Assembly (NCBI GenBank): GCA_041166025.1
Contig: JBEAMJ010000040.1
Location: forward strand, 2,421-66,420
Direction: 5' to 3'
DNA length: 64,000 bases
Source of the DNA: Pseudomonadota bacterium
Lineage (GTDB): Bacteria > Pseudomonadota > Alphaproteobacteria > Caulobacterales > Hyphomonadaceae
Part shown: positions 35,670 to 45,216 of the stretch, piece by piece
Layout of the letters: each line of letters starts with the position of its first letter
Position numbering within the stretch: the first letter of the stretch is position 1
Position numbers and translations under genes: made by a program
Notes under the pieces: generated by a model
The model's database searches: none
What the model saw: only the letters and a program-made list of their open reading frames with translations
Told to the model about the DNA's origin: nothing

Positions 35670-36617
35670 CTAGGTAGCGGGCACCCCGCCATGCGGTACG
35701 CCATCGCCGATGATGAAGTCATTGATGTGTCCGCGATAGCTGCGGCCGCCCAGCTCTACGTTCACCATATGGCCCCGCCAGGTCGTGCCCACGATGGGAA
35801 TTGTGTAGGCTTGAACGACCACGGCCTCGCCAGCCAATGCACGCCCGTCCGCCAGCGTCACTTTCAGTTTCCGCTGCATCGCCGGCGGATCGATGATCAC
35901 ATCGGTCACTTCCGACGATCCATTGCCTTCCAGTAGGTACCCGTCGCGCCGTCTCGCCGTGATCAGCATGGTGGAAGCGGCGCCATCGCCCCAGAGGGTC
36001 ATGTAGCAGAACGGCGCGGTGAAGCGGGGATTTGTCTGCCCTTGCTCATGGAACTGCGCTGGCCCCTCGATCTCTGTTCGCCTGCCATCAATGGTTACCA
36101 CGGCCCTCGCGCGTCCGAACACCTCCGTCCGCCCGGCGTTCAGGCCAGAGTATGATCGCTCCGGAGAGAATTCGACCGAGAGGTTTACCCGGTGCTCGCC
36201 TTTGCCGAACATGGACGTCGGGGATTTCCGCGCCAAACATGATCCGGTGATCGTCGCTCCTCTGGGACGCTCCTTCTCGCCCATTCTCGTGAATTCGAGC
36301 GTTCGCGCGTTGTCGCGATACGTCCTGCCGAAGGCCTGGTCAGAAACGAGCTGGGCTGGCGAAACATGGTCGACATAGGAGAAGAAGCCCTCGGGCGTCC
36401 GGGCATGGATCCAGACCCACGCCAACCCCAGCTCGGGGTAATGGCACAACCGCACGGTCAGCCTTTTCGATCCATCCTCGGACGAAACGCCCGAATGCAC
36501 GGAATCGCTCTGTGTCTCGAGATTGCCAAACCGGGCATCCATCGGTGCGCCGCCGCGGGGGGTCACACACGCCCCCGCCGCGAGCGTTGAGAGCAGGGCT
36601 GCGCGACGTGTCAGCAT
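35670..36617 (-). CDS. hypothetical Tat-type lipoprotein (315 aa)
   Basis: N-terminus MLTRRAALLSTLAAGAC combines a twin-Arg motif with a lipobox. No recognisable domain. Lies 102 nt downstream of the CoA-transferase gene on the same strand. Confidence 0.6.
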   Translation of the reverse strand: MLTRRAALLSTLAAGACVTPRGGAPMDARFGNLETQSDSVHSGVSSEDGSKRLTVRLCHYPELGLAWVWIHARTPEGFFSYVDHVSPAQLVSDQAFGRTYRDNARTLEFTRMGEKERPRGATITGSCLARKSPTSMFGKGEHRVNLSVEFSPERSYSGLNAGRTEVFGRARAVVTIDGRRTEIEGPAQFHEQGQTNPRFTAPFCYMTLWGDGAASTMLITARRRDGYLLEGNGSSEVTDVIIDPPAMQRKLKVTLADGRALAGEAVVVQAYTIPIVGTTWRGHMVNVELGGRSYRGHINDFIIGDGVPHGGVPAT

Positions 36618-36719
36618 GCGGTCTTCCTAGCCGGATCAGCATCTTAAGCAGGTGTGCGCCGGTCGTTCAATGGTGACCCCTCGCCAGTGTTGTTTGGGAG
36701 CGCCAGCTCAGGGGTAACT

Positions 36720-37934
36720 TCAACCACGTGCAAGCAACCGGCGGTGCTGCGGCGCCGCAACGGCAGTTATCGCTTCTGCCCGCGCCTCGAACGAAAGCCC
36801 TTTCAACCGCGCAACACCGAACTCGGTCACGACGGTGTCAACCATCTCTCCCGGAATCGACGGGGAGGCCAGTCTCGGCACGATGCGCGAGGCGCCGCCA
36901 GCTGTCGCGGGCATCGCGATGATCGACAGGCCGCCGACCGACGCACGGGCCGCGCGCATGAAGTCGGGCGCGCCGCCGACACTGCTCACCCGCCGCCCCC
37001 TTCGCCACTCGAGGTTGAGATTTCCGGCAAGATCGACCTCGATCGCCGATCCGATCGACACGAAGCCAGGCAGCGCGGCCAGCGTCGCGTGATCGTGCGT
37101 CACCTTCGCGGACCGGAAGGCAAAGCCGGATCGCGGCAGCCAGGCATGGAATGAGGCATCGCCCCAGGCCACGCCGGCCACATGTTCGGCGGCGGGATCG
37201 AGTGCGCCAGCCTCCGCCAGCTGTATGTACTCCGGGGTTATGATCCCCGAATGCACGCGCAATCCGCGATGCAGCTTCAAGCCAGCGATGACGGCGCCGG
37301 GGGCCTCGCCGATTCCAGACTGAATCGTGGCCCCGTCGGGTATCAGCCCAGCGCACAGGCGGACGATCTCGCCGACCGCAGCGTTGGCCGCACCCGATGA
37401 GCTCGCTGGCGCCAGCAGCGGTTCGCTGATCGGCACGGCGAGATCGATCCTGTCTGCCGGAATGAAGTCGGCGTGGGGCAAGGCGGGCATTCGATCGTTG
37501 ACGAAGGCCACGCGCCGGCCCGCGCTTTGCCACACCAGTCCAGGCATGTCGCACGCAAGTCCGAACGAGCATCGCCCCGCGCTGTCCGGCGGCGCGACAT
37601 GCAGCGCGGCGACGTCGAACTCCGTCCGGGCCATCAGGTCGGCGATCTCGGAATACGGCATGGCCATGAGCCGCGTCCGCCCCGACGCGATGGAGGTTTC
37701 CAGCGCAGGCGAAGCCATGAACGTCACGAGCTGAGCCGTGCTCGGCAGCGCGCCATAGTCGCGCGTGTTGATCCCCGGTATCAGGCATGACCACAGCTCG
37801 ACGCCGTTCGACAGTCCGGGATGAGCCAGCAGCGCCGCGTGGAAGGCCGCACATTCGCCTGGTCCCCCCTGGAAGTAGACGCGCTGGCCCGGGCGCAGGC
37901 TGCGCACGACATCGCCGGGATAGCCGGTGATCAC
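36720..37934 (-). CDS. acetyl-CoA hydrolase/transferase family protein (4-hydroxybutyrate-CoA-transferase-like)
   Basis: 404 aa. Overall layout and blocks such as GIGEAPGAV, SGFAFRSAKVTHD and GGAPDFMRAA resemble family I CoA transferases. Start overlaps the upstream stop. Confidence 0.65.
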   Translation of the reverse strand: MITGYPGDVVRSLRPGQRVYFQGGPGECAAFHAALLAHPGLSNGVELWSCLIPGINTRDYGALPSTAQLVTFMASPALETSIASGRTRLMAMPYSEIADLMARTEFDVAALHVAPPDSAGRCSFGLACDMPGLVWQSAGRRVAFVNDRMPALPHADFIPADRIDLAVPISEPLLAPASSSGAANAAVGEIVRLCAGLIPDGATIQSGIGEAPGAVIAGLKLHRGLRVHSGIITPEYIQLAEAGALDPAAEHVAGVAWGDASFHAWLPRSGFAFRSAKVTHDHATLAALPGFVSIGSAIEVDLAGNLNLEWRRGRRVSSVGGAPDFMRAARASVGGLSIIAMPATAGGASRIVPRLASPSIPGEMVDTVVTEFGVARLKGLSFEARAEAITAVAAPQHRRLLARG

Positions 37935-38779
37935 GCGAGACCCGCGGACGCGAGCAGGCGGCGCGCTCGCTCCGCCACCGGCTGGTCGATCATGCGACCC
38001 TTATGGCTGACGACACCGTCGACGCGCTGCTCCCACGCCGCAAGGATGGCCTGCGCCTCAGCAACCTCGGCTGCACTCGCGCCAAAACTCTCGTTGAGTA
38101 CGCCGACCTGGTTAGGGTGGATGCACATCGCACCGGTCAAGCCCATCGCATGGGCCCGGCGTGCATCGGCGGCGAAGGCGTCAAGGTCGGTGAAGTTGGC
38201 GATCCCCGTCGCCATGCCGATGCCCATGATCCTGCGCGCCGCCGCGGCGTAGGCAATCCCCTGGGCTGCGAAGTCCAGCGACAAGGGTCCTGGCGGGCGT
38301 CCGAGCGAAAGCGAGAAGTCCTCGCTCCCGAGCGCAAGCCCGATCAGGCGTGGCCCATCGGCGATCTGGCTCAGGCGTTCCAGTGCCGCGGGACTCTCGA
38401 TGACGGCGACAACCCCGATCGCATAGCGCTCCAGCCCTGCCTCGTATTCCAGCGCATCGATCATGGCTGAGAGGCTCGTGAGCTCGGCTGCCTGCTCCAC
38501 CTTGGGCAACACCACGGCCGCAAGGCCGGGCCGCACGACCGCTTCAAGATCGTCGGCGAGATAGGCCTCGTCATTGTTGACGCGCACCGTGGCCACCGCG
38601 CCCTGCGCTGCGAGGAAGGAGATCGCCTCCGTCGCAAGTGCGCGTGCGGCAGGCTTGGCGGCAGGTTCTGTCGAATCCTCAAGATCAACGATCAGAGCAT
38701 CCGCCCCGCGCGTGTGCGCCTTCTGCCAGCGCTGCGGCGCGGCTGCGGGCACGAAGAGCATCGAACGCCAGTTCATCAT
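37931..38779 (-). CDS. HpcH/HpaI aldolase / CitE-like acyl-CoA lyase
   Basis: Start at ATGATG overlapping the upstream stop. SMLFVPAAAP...ADALIVDLEDS and ESPAAL...LGSEDF are CitE/citramalyl- or malyl-CoA lyase signatures. Confidence 0.8.
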   Translation of the reverse strand: MMNWRSMLFVPAAAPQRWQKAHTRGADALIVDLEDSTEPAAKPAARALATEAISFLAAQGAVATVRVNNDEAYLADDLEAVVRPGLAAVVLPKVEQAAELTSLSAMIDALEYEAGLERYAIGVVAVIESPAALERLSQIADGPRLIGLALGSEDFSLSLGRPPGPLSLDFAAQGIAYAAAARRIMGIGMATGIANFTDLDAFAADARRAHAMGLTGAMCIHPNQVGVLNESFGASAAEVAEAQAILAAWEQRVDGVVSHKGRMIDQPVAERARRLLASAGLA

Positions 38780-39597
38780 CGCACGCCAATCTTGCCAGCC
38801 ATGGCGACATAGCCATCGCCATCCGCCGCCCACACATCGGCGCCGGTCTCAGTATCGATCAGATTCACAGTGAAGGGGGCAAGATCGAAAACCGGTCGCT
38901 GGGCGCGGAATGAGAATGTGGTGATTGTCTCATCCGGCCGATGCCTGCGGAAATGATCCACCAGCAGCGTCGCCAGCAAAGGTCCGTGCACCACCAGCCC
39001 CGGATACCCTTCCGCCTTCATCGCATAGTCGCGGTCGTAGTGGATACGATGCGCATTGTAGGTGAGCGCGGAAAAGCGGAACAGCAATGCCGCCGTTGGC
39101 GCGATCGTCCGCGATACCTGCGCCTCGCGTCGCTCGCCTGGTGGCAGGGGCCGCGCATTCCCGTTCCGTTCGCGAAACACGAGGTCGGCCTCGTCGGTGA
39201 CGCAGAGGGTTTCGCCGGTGTACACCTCGTGCCGGATCGTCAGGAATGCGAGCCTTCCGGTGCGTCCGGATTTTTCCGAAAGATCGGCAATCATCGACAC
39301 GCGCTTCACCTCAGTGCCGAGCGGAATGGGCGCATGAAACGTCACGCGGCTCCCCGCCGCCATGCGCATCGGCAGCCCGATCGGCGGCGCTAGCCCTCCG
39401 CCGCGCTTTGGATGCCCGTCCTCGCTGATCTCAGCTTGCGCCGCCGCGGGAAGGAAGCACAACAGATGTCCCATCGGCGGCACGACAGCCTCGTGCGGCC
39501 GATCCAGCAACGCCGCGAGCCTATCAAACGGTCCACGCCCTGTGACGTCGACGGTCGTCTCGCTCCGCCCGATCCACTGCGCTGCATCGATGCTCAT
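38776..39597 (-). CDS. MaoC-family (double hot-dog) acyl-CoA hydratase
   Basis: Start at internal ATG (MSIDAAQW). N-terminal FAS1-dehydratase-like half and a C-terminal hydratase motif YNAHRIHYDRDYAMKAEGYPGLVVHG. Confidence 0.8.
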   Translation of the reverse strand: MSIDAAQWIGRSETTVDVTGRGPFDRLAALLDRPHEAVVPPMGHLLCFLPAAAQAEISEDGHPKRGGGLAPPIGLPMRMAAGSRVTFHAPIPLGTEVKRVSMIADLSEKSGRTGRLAFLTIRHEVYTGETLCVTDEADLVFRERNGNARPLPPGERREAQVSRTIAPTAALLFRFSALTYNAHRIHYDRDYAMKAEGYPGLVVHGPLLATLLVDHFRRHRPDETITTFSFRAQRPVFDLAPFTVNLIDTETGADVWAADGDGYVAMAGKIGVR

Positions 39598-39607
39598 CGT
39601 CGAGCTC

Positions 39608-40765
39608 TCAAAACGACTTCGGCAGGCCCAGAACATGCGTCGCCACATGGCTGAGAATAAGGTTGGTCGAGATCGGCGCTACCTGATAGAGCCGCGTTTC
39701 CCGGAACTTGCGCTCGATATCGTACTCCTCGGCAAAGCCGAAGCCACCATGCGTCTGGATGCAGACATCTGCTGCATACCAGCTGGCCTCCGACGCCGTC
39801 ATCTTCGCCATGTTGGCTTCAGATCCGCAAGGTTCCCCAGCCTCGAAGAGCCGCGCTGCGTGATCGACCATGAGTGAGGCTGCCGTTACCTGCACGTGCG
39901 CCCGCGCAATCGGAAACTGGACGCCCTGGTTCTCTCCGATCGGCGCTCCGAACACGCTGCGGTCCTTCGCGTAGGCCGACGCCCGATCGACAAAGAACTT
40001 CCCGTCCCCGATGCACTCTGCCGCAATCAGAACGCGCTCCGCATTCATCCCGTCGATGATGTGCCTGAACCCCGCGCCCTCGCGCCCAATCAGGTTCTCA
40101 GCTGGAACTTCCATGTTGTCGAAGAACAGTTCCGTGGTCGCATGGTTCAGCATCGTCCGAACCGGCTTGATCGTGAGGCCCTTGCCCCTGGCTTCCCGCA
40201 TGTCGACCAGCAGAACGCTCATGCCTTCCGAAGTCTTGCCCGCATCATCGCGCGGCGACGTCCGGCACAGCAGCACCATCAGGTCCGAATGTTCCGCCCG
40301 GCTGATCCAGATCTTCGAACCGTTGACGACATACCTGTCGCCAACCCGCTTCGCGAACGTCTGTATCCGCGTCGTGTCTGTCCCGCTTGTCGGCTCGGTC
40401 ACGCCGAAGGCTTGTAGCCGCAGCTCCCCGCTCGCAATCTTCGGCAGCCAGTGCTCTTTCTGCGCCTCCGAGCCGTGCCGCAGCAGCGTGCCCATGGTGT
40501 ACATCTGCGCATGGCACGCCGCGCCATTCGCGCCCGACCGGTGGATCTCCTCCAGCACCGCGCAAGCCGCCGAAATGCCAAGCCCCGCGCCACCATATTC
40601 TTCGGGGATGAGTACCGACAGCCATCCCGCTTCCGTCAGCGCATTTACGAATTCCGTCGGATAAGCCCGCTCGCGATCCAGCGCGCGCCAGTACGCCCCC
40701 GGAAACCGGGCGCACAGCTTGCGCACGGCCTCGCGGATTTCTGCATGTGTCTCGGCCTTGGTCAT
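39608..40765 (-). CDS. acyl-CoA dehydrogenase
   Basis: 385 aa from MTKAETHAEIREAV. Blocks GVTEPTSGTD, YVVNGSKIWIS and C-terminal QTHGGFGFAEEYDIERKFRETRLYQVAP. Confidence 0.9.
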   Translation of the reverse strand: MTKAETHAEIREAVRKLCARFPGAYWRALDRERAYPTEFVNALTEAGWLSVLIPEEYGGAGLGISAACAVLEEIHRSGANGAACHAQMYTMGTLLRHGSEAQKEHWLPKIASGELRLQAFGVTEPTSGTDTTRIQTFAKRVGDRYVVNGSKIWISRAEHSDLMVLLCRTSPRDDAGKTSEGMSVLLVDMREARGKGLTIKPVRTMLNHATTELFFDNMEVPAENLIGREGAGFRHIIDGMNAERVLIAAECIGDGKFFVDRASAYAKDRSVFGAPIGENQGVQFPIARAHVQVTAASLMVDHAARLFEAGEPCGSEANMAKMTASEASWYAADVCIQTHGGFGFAEEYDIERKFRETRLYQVAPISTNLILSHVATHVLGLPKSF

Positions 40766-40856
40766 GGGGACAGCATGCAACGCGGTTGCTTCTACGTCAC
40801 GTCTTTGCTGGCTGCGAAATTCCGGACAAGGTGTTTGTGCCGGGGAGGGCAAATCC

Positions 40857-41324
40857 ATGATCGATTTCAATCTGCAAAATCCTGTGTTTGCGACCTATGT
40901 TGTTGCGGCCTGCTTGATGATTCTCAAGGTCGTGGCCATGTCCTGGCTCACGGTCATTCGGATGATGCAGGAGAAGGCCGGTTACCGCTCGCCCGAGGAT
41001 GCAAAGAAATCGCCTGTAAACCTTGCCCCGCGCGAGGGGCAGGTGGGTCCTAACGAGCGGGTCGACCGCATCCGTCGCATCCAGCTCAACGATCTTGAGA
41101 ACATTCCCTTCTTCCTGGCCGCCGGCCTCCTCTACGTGACCACGCAGCCGGACCTCATCGTCGCGCAGTGGCTGTTCTACGGTTACGTCGTCTCCCGCCT
41201 GCTACACTTCCTCGCCTACCTTACGGCGCAGCTTCACGACGTGAGGGCCACCTTCTGGACCATCGGTTCGGTGATCATCATCTACATGGTGGTGGCCACG
41301 CTGACCAAAGCGCTCGGCTACTGA
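40857..41324 (+). CDS. MAPEG family membrane protein (microsomal GST-like)
   Basis: 155 aa, 4 [19 protein letters not shown] and [10 protein letters not shown] blocks. RBS GGGGAGGG upstream. Confidence 0.8.
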   Translation: MIDFNLQNPVFATYVVAACLMILKVVAMSWLTVIRMMQEKAGYRSPEDAKKSPVNLAPREGQVGPNERVDRIRRIQLNDLENIPFFLAAGLLYVTTQPDLIVAQWLFYGYVVSRLLHFLAYLTAQLHDVRATFWTIGSVIIIYMVVATLTKALGY

Positions 41325-42319
41325 AGCGCCGCCCGGCAGCCCGTCTGTTCCAGCAGGGGATTAATGTCCGCCTTCGCATCCGCCGGCAGGTCCGCATACA
41401 TAAGGCGCAGCGTTTCGAGGCATTTCGCCTGATACTTGAAGGCGCCCTGCTCGTAAGTCATGCCCAGCGCGGTGAAGCCGAACATCTCCCGGCCCTCGGC
41501 CACGGCCTTCGCGTTGGCCAGCAGGAAGGGAAGATACACCTCTCCGGCCAGCGCCAGCATCGCCTCGACAATGCCGGCGCGCGCCTCGCCTGGCTTGCGC
41601 CACTCGCCCTCTGCGCCGGAGAGATCGTCCATCTGAGCAAGCCAGCGGAAGGTCAGCGGCGCAATCTTCCGCATCAGCCGCTCCGGTGTCGGGTCGGAGG
41701 CCAGCTGCGAGAACTGTCCCATCCACCCGAACTCGGCCAGCGACGGTCGCGTCCCGAACCAGAACTGCGACTGGGCACACTGTGCTTCAAGGATCGCGCA
41801 CAGCCGCCGCATCGTCTCCTCGATCAGCGGCGCGTTCTGCGGCGTGCAGCCGACCAGCGCCATCCTCCCCATCTGGCGCGACCGGAAATAGTCCGCGAAC
41901 GTCTGGATCTGCTCCATGCCGCCGCCCCGATGCCGGTCGTAGGACAGCCAGCGCGACACAGCTTCCTGATCCTCGGCATAGAACCAGCGATAGTGGAACA
42001 TCAGCTTTGTACCCCACTCATCCGCCATGTCCTCGATCAGACAGGCGAGAAAGCGATCCGCCGGATCGGGCGGCACGATCCCGCGTTCGCCATGGCGCTG
42101 TTCCAGCTCCAGGATCATCGGCGTCGAGTCATTGCGCCATTCCCCGCCAGGATACTGGATCACCGGAATCACCGGCGCCTTCACGTTCCGCAAGGCGGCT
42201 TCAGTGTCCGGTCCGATCGGCTGCCAGACATGGGGCAGGCGGCGATAGCGCATGATGGCCCGCATCTTCATGGAGTAGGGCGAGCCCAACCCGCCGATCA
42301 CCCTGTAATGCTCAGCCAT
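41318..42319 (-). CDS. glutathione S-transferase family protein
   Basis: 333 aa. N-terminal thioredoxin-like [19 protein letters not shown]...[12 protein letters not shown]. Helical C-domain. 3' end overlaps the MAPEG 3' end by 7 nt (convergent). Confidence 0.65.
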   Translation of the reverse strand: MAEHYRVIGGLGSPYSMKMRAIMRYRRLPHVWQPIGPDTEAALRNVKAPVIPVIQYPGGEWRNDSTPMILELEQRHGERGIVPPDPADRFLACLIEDMADEWGTKLMFHYRWFYAEDQEAVSRWLSYDRHRGGGMEQIQTFADYFRSRQMGRMALVGCTPQNAPLIEETMRRLCAILEAQCAQSQFWFGTRPSLAEFGWMGQFSQLASDPTPERLMRKIAPLTFRWLAQMDDLSGAEGEWRKPGEARAGIVEAMLALAGEVYLPFLLANAKAVAEGREMFGFTALGMTYEQGAFKYQAKCLETLRLMYADLPADAKADINPLLEQTGCRAALQ

Positions 42320-42408
42320 TGTTGGTCCCCTTCAGGCTGGACGAAGACCCGACTCTGCTACAGACTGTACTGAACGGTAACAAGAACACGACAGGGCGGG
42401 AGACAATC

Positions 42409-44286
42409 ATGGTACGGTTGGCGTTCAGCGTATGCGCTGTGGCTCTGCTATCGGCTTGCGGCGCCCCGCAGCAGGCCGGCGCCCCGGAACAGCCGCCAGT
42501 CGCAGGAGATCGGCCGGCGCCGAACCCTCTCAATAACGCCTACTTCGGCGACCTGCATCTCCACACGCGCAATTCCTTCGACGCCTACATCTTCAACGTC
42601 CGCGCTTCCCCCGACGAGGCCTACGCCTACGCCAAAGGCGGAACGATCAAGCACGCCACCGGCCTCGACATGAAGATGAAGTCAGGCGCGCTCGACTTTC
42701 TCGCGATCACAGACCACGCAGAGTATCTTGGCGTGTTGCCTGCCATCGACACACCGGGTGATCCCTACGCCAGCGTACCCTATGCAAAGGACCTGTTCTC
42801 GACCGATCCGGTCCAGGTCAATACTGCCTTCCGCCGTTTTGGCGATGCGCTGCGCACGGGCAAGCGCATGGAAGAGTACGCCGACCTCCGCACGGTGAAG
42901 TCGGCCTGGCGCGACATCATCGAATCGGCGCGCAAGAACTACGAGCCGGGAAAGTTCACGACGCTGATCGGCTACGAGTTCACCTCGGCCCCCGAGGGCC
43001 GCAACCTGCACCGCAACGTTATCTTCGCAGGCGACACCGCCCCCGAACTTCCCTTCACCGCACTTGAATCCCAGAACCCGGAAGAACTCTGGAAATGGAT
43101 GGACCAGCAGCGCGCCGCCGGCGTCGAGGCGTTGTCCATCACGCACAACGCCAACGGCTCGAACGGCACGATGTACGAGCGCACCAAGTGGGATGGCTCG
43201 CCGGTCGATCGCGCCTGGTCCGAACTCCGCGCGCGCAACGAGCCGCTGGCGGAGATCACGCAGGTGAAGGGCACGTCCGAAACGCACCCGCTGCTCTCGC
43301 CGAACGATGAATTCGCCGGGTTCGAGATCATGGAGTGGTATATCGGCTCCTCAACGCCCGTCACGAAATTCGACGGCGGCTATGTCCGCAAGGCGCTGAA
43401 AGATGGCCTTGAACTCGAGAAGCAGAGCGGCGCCAACCCCTACAAGTTCGGCCTCGTCGGCGCCTCCGACACCCACAACGCGGCCGGCTCCTACGAGGAA
43501 GACAGCTACCTTTCCAAGGTCGGCATCCAGGACGCCACGCCGCAGCGCCGCGGGTCAGCCCCGCCAGATGGCAAGACGTGGGACAACTACAAACCCGCCG
43601 ACAATACGCTGCGTTTCTCCACCTGGGGCGCCTCCGGCCTCACCGGCGTCTGGGCGAAGGAAAACACCCGCGAGGAAATCTATGGCGCGCTCAAGCGCAA
43701 GGAAACGTTCGCAACCTCGGGCCCGCGCATCCGCGTCCGCTTCTTCGCCGGCTACGGCATCGGCGCCTCGCCACTGACCAGCGACGCCGGCGTGAAGAAT
43801 GCCTACGACAGGGGCGTGCCGATGGGGGGTGACCTGGTCGGGCAGGCAACAGGCAAGCCTGACTTCCTCGTCATGGCCATGCGCGATGCCCAATCCGCCC
43901 CGCTCCAACGTGTGCAGATCGTCAAGGGATGGCTCGATGCGTCGGGCAAGGCGCAGGAGAAAGTCTTCGACGTTGGGTGCTCCGACGGTGGCGCAATAAA
44001 CCCCGCAACGCACCGTTGCGCTGACAATGGCGCTACAGTGGACGTCAAGTCTTGCGCCTGGAGCGAGGACAAGGGCGATGCAGAGATCAGCGCTGCCTGG
44101 TCGGACCCCGAATTCGATCCGAAGCTGAACGCGTTCTACTATGTCCGCGTACTCGAGAATCCGACCTGCCGCTGGTCAACCTGGGACGCCAACCGCCTCG
44201 GCATCGAGCCCAACCCCGCGCTGCCCAAGACGATCCAGGAGCGCGCCTACACCTCGCCGATCTGGTTCGTTCCGACCAAGAGCTAG
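42409..44286 (+). CDS. DUF3604 domain lipoprotein (PHP-like metal-dependent hydrolase fold)
   Basis: Lipobox MVRLAFSVCAVALLSAC. Signature YFGDLHLHTRNSFDAY, ITDHAEY, HRNVIF, ITHNANGSNG and SDTHNA blocks as recalled for DUF3604. Confidence 0.75.
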   Translation: MVRLAFSVCAVALLSACGAPQQAGAPEQPPVAGDRPAPNPLNNAYFGDLHLHTRNSFDAYIFNVRASPDEAYAYAKGGTIKHATGLDMKMKSGALDFLAITDHAEYLGVLPAIDTPGDPYASVPYAKDLFSTDPVQVNTAFRRFGDALRTGKRMEEYADLRTVKSAWRDIIESARKNYEPGKFTTLIGYEFTSAPEGRNLHRNVIFAGDTAPELPFTALESQNPEELWKWMDQQRAAGVEALSITHNANGSNGTMYERTKWDGSPVDRAWSELRARNEPLAEITQVKGTSETHPLLSPNDEFAGFEIMEWYIGSSTPVTKFDGGYVRKALKDGLELEKQSGANPYKFGLVGASDTHNAAGSYEEDSYLSKVGIQDATPQRRGSAPPDGKTWDNYKPADNTLRFSTWGASGLTGVWAKENTREEIYGALKRKETFATSGPRIRVRFFAGYGIGASPLTSDAGVKNAYDRGVPMGGDLVGQATGKPDFLVMAMRDAQSAPLQRVQIVKGWLDASGKAQEKVFDVGCSDGGAINPATHRCADNGATVDVKSCAWSEDKGDAEISAAWSDPEFDPKLNAFYYVRVLENPTCRWSTWDANRLGIEPNPALPKTIQERAYTSPIWFVPTKS

Positions 44287-44295
44287 GCGCGAATC

Positions 44296-45216
44296 GTGGC
44301 CAGCGTGACGGACTTCCTGAGGCGCGTCATCCGCGAGCCCTTGGCGCACTTCCTCGCCATCGGTCTTGTGCTCTTCCTCGCGAATGCCCTCATCAATGGC
44401 GATGATGCTGGTCCCGCCAGCGAGACGATCGCCATCTCCGAAGGCCGAGTGAACCAGATCGCCGAGAGTTTTCTGCTGCTTTCCGGTCGCCTGCCGACCC
44501 GTGAGGAGCTTTCATCCCTGGTTGATGACTTCGTGAGCGAGGAAGTCGGCTATCGCGAGGCCGTCGCTATGGGGCTGGACGCGGACGACACCATCGTCCG
44601 TCGCCGCATGCGCCAGAAGCTCGAATTCCTGATTGAGGATGACGCCGCCGCGCAGACACCCACCGACGCCGACCTGCAGGCCTGGCTCGACGCCCACCCT
44701 GACGACTACCGCCTGCCGGAGCGCCGCGCGTTGCGCCAGGTCCTGGCCAGCACCGACAAGCGTGGCGCCGCCGCCTCAGCTGACGCGCAGGCCTGGCTCG
44801 CAAAGCTTGCGACTGGCGCCGATCCCTCCAGCCTAGGCGACGGCTCCATGCTCCCGGCCGCCCTGCCACTCACCACCCAGGAAGGCGTCGCCTCCCTGTT
44901 CGGTGCGGACTTTGCCGCCGCTGCCTTCACGCATGCGGGCGAAGGCTGGTTCGGCCCCGTCGCCTCGCCCTTTGGTCAACACCTGATCCGCGTCATCGAC
45001 AGCGAACCCGGCCGCGCCGTGCTGCTCGCGGAGATCCGTGACAGCGTCCACGCCGACTGGACCGAGCATCGCCGCAACATCGCGCGCGACGAATTCCATG
45101 CCCGCATGCGCCAGCGCTACAATATCCGGATCGATTGGCCAGCGCCCTGGCAGGATCTCTCCACCACCCCTGATCCCAATCCCAAGACCAGACCCGTCCC
45201 GGAGGTCGGCGAGTGA
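44296..45216 (+). CDS. membrane-anchored parvulin-type peptidyl-prolyl isomerase-like protein
   Basis: GTG start 9 nt after the DUF3604 stop. One TM helix (LAHFLAIGLVLFLANALI). SurA-N-like helical region and a C-terminal PpiC-like segment (GWFGPVASPFGQHLIRV). Confidence 0.65.
   Translation: MASVTDFLRRVIREPLAHFLAIGLVLFLANALINGDDAGPASETIAISEGRVNQIAESFLLLSGRLPTREELSSLVDDFVSEEVGYREAVAMGLDADDTIVRRRMRQKLEFLIEDDAAAQTPTDADLQAWLDAHPDDYRLPERRALRQVLASTDKRGAAASADAQAWLAKLATGADPSSLGDGSMLPAALPLTTQEGVASLFGADFAAAAFTHAGEGWFGPVASPFGQHLIRVIDSEPGRAVLLAEIRDSVHADWTEHRRNIARDEFHARMRQRYNIRIDWPAPWQDLSTTPDPNPKTRPVPEVGE

Noticed and set aside
41318-41324. 7-nt convergent overlap of the MAPEG and GST-like genes, and 4-nt overlap of the AEC transporter and GNAT genes (27965..27968).
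   Set aside because: Short convergent stop-codon overlaps are common in compact high-GC genomes and carry no obvious functional implication.
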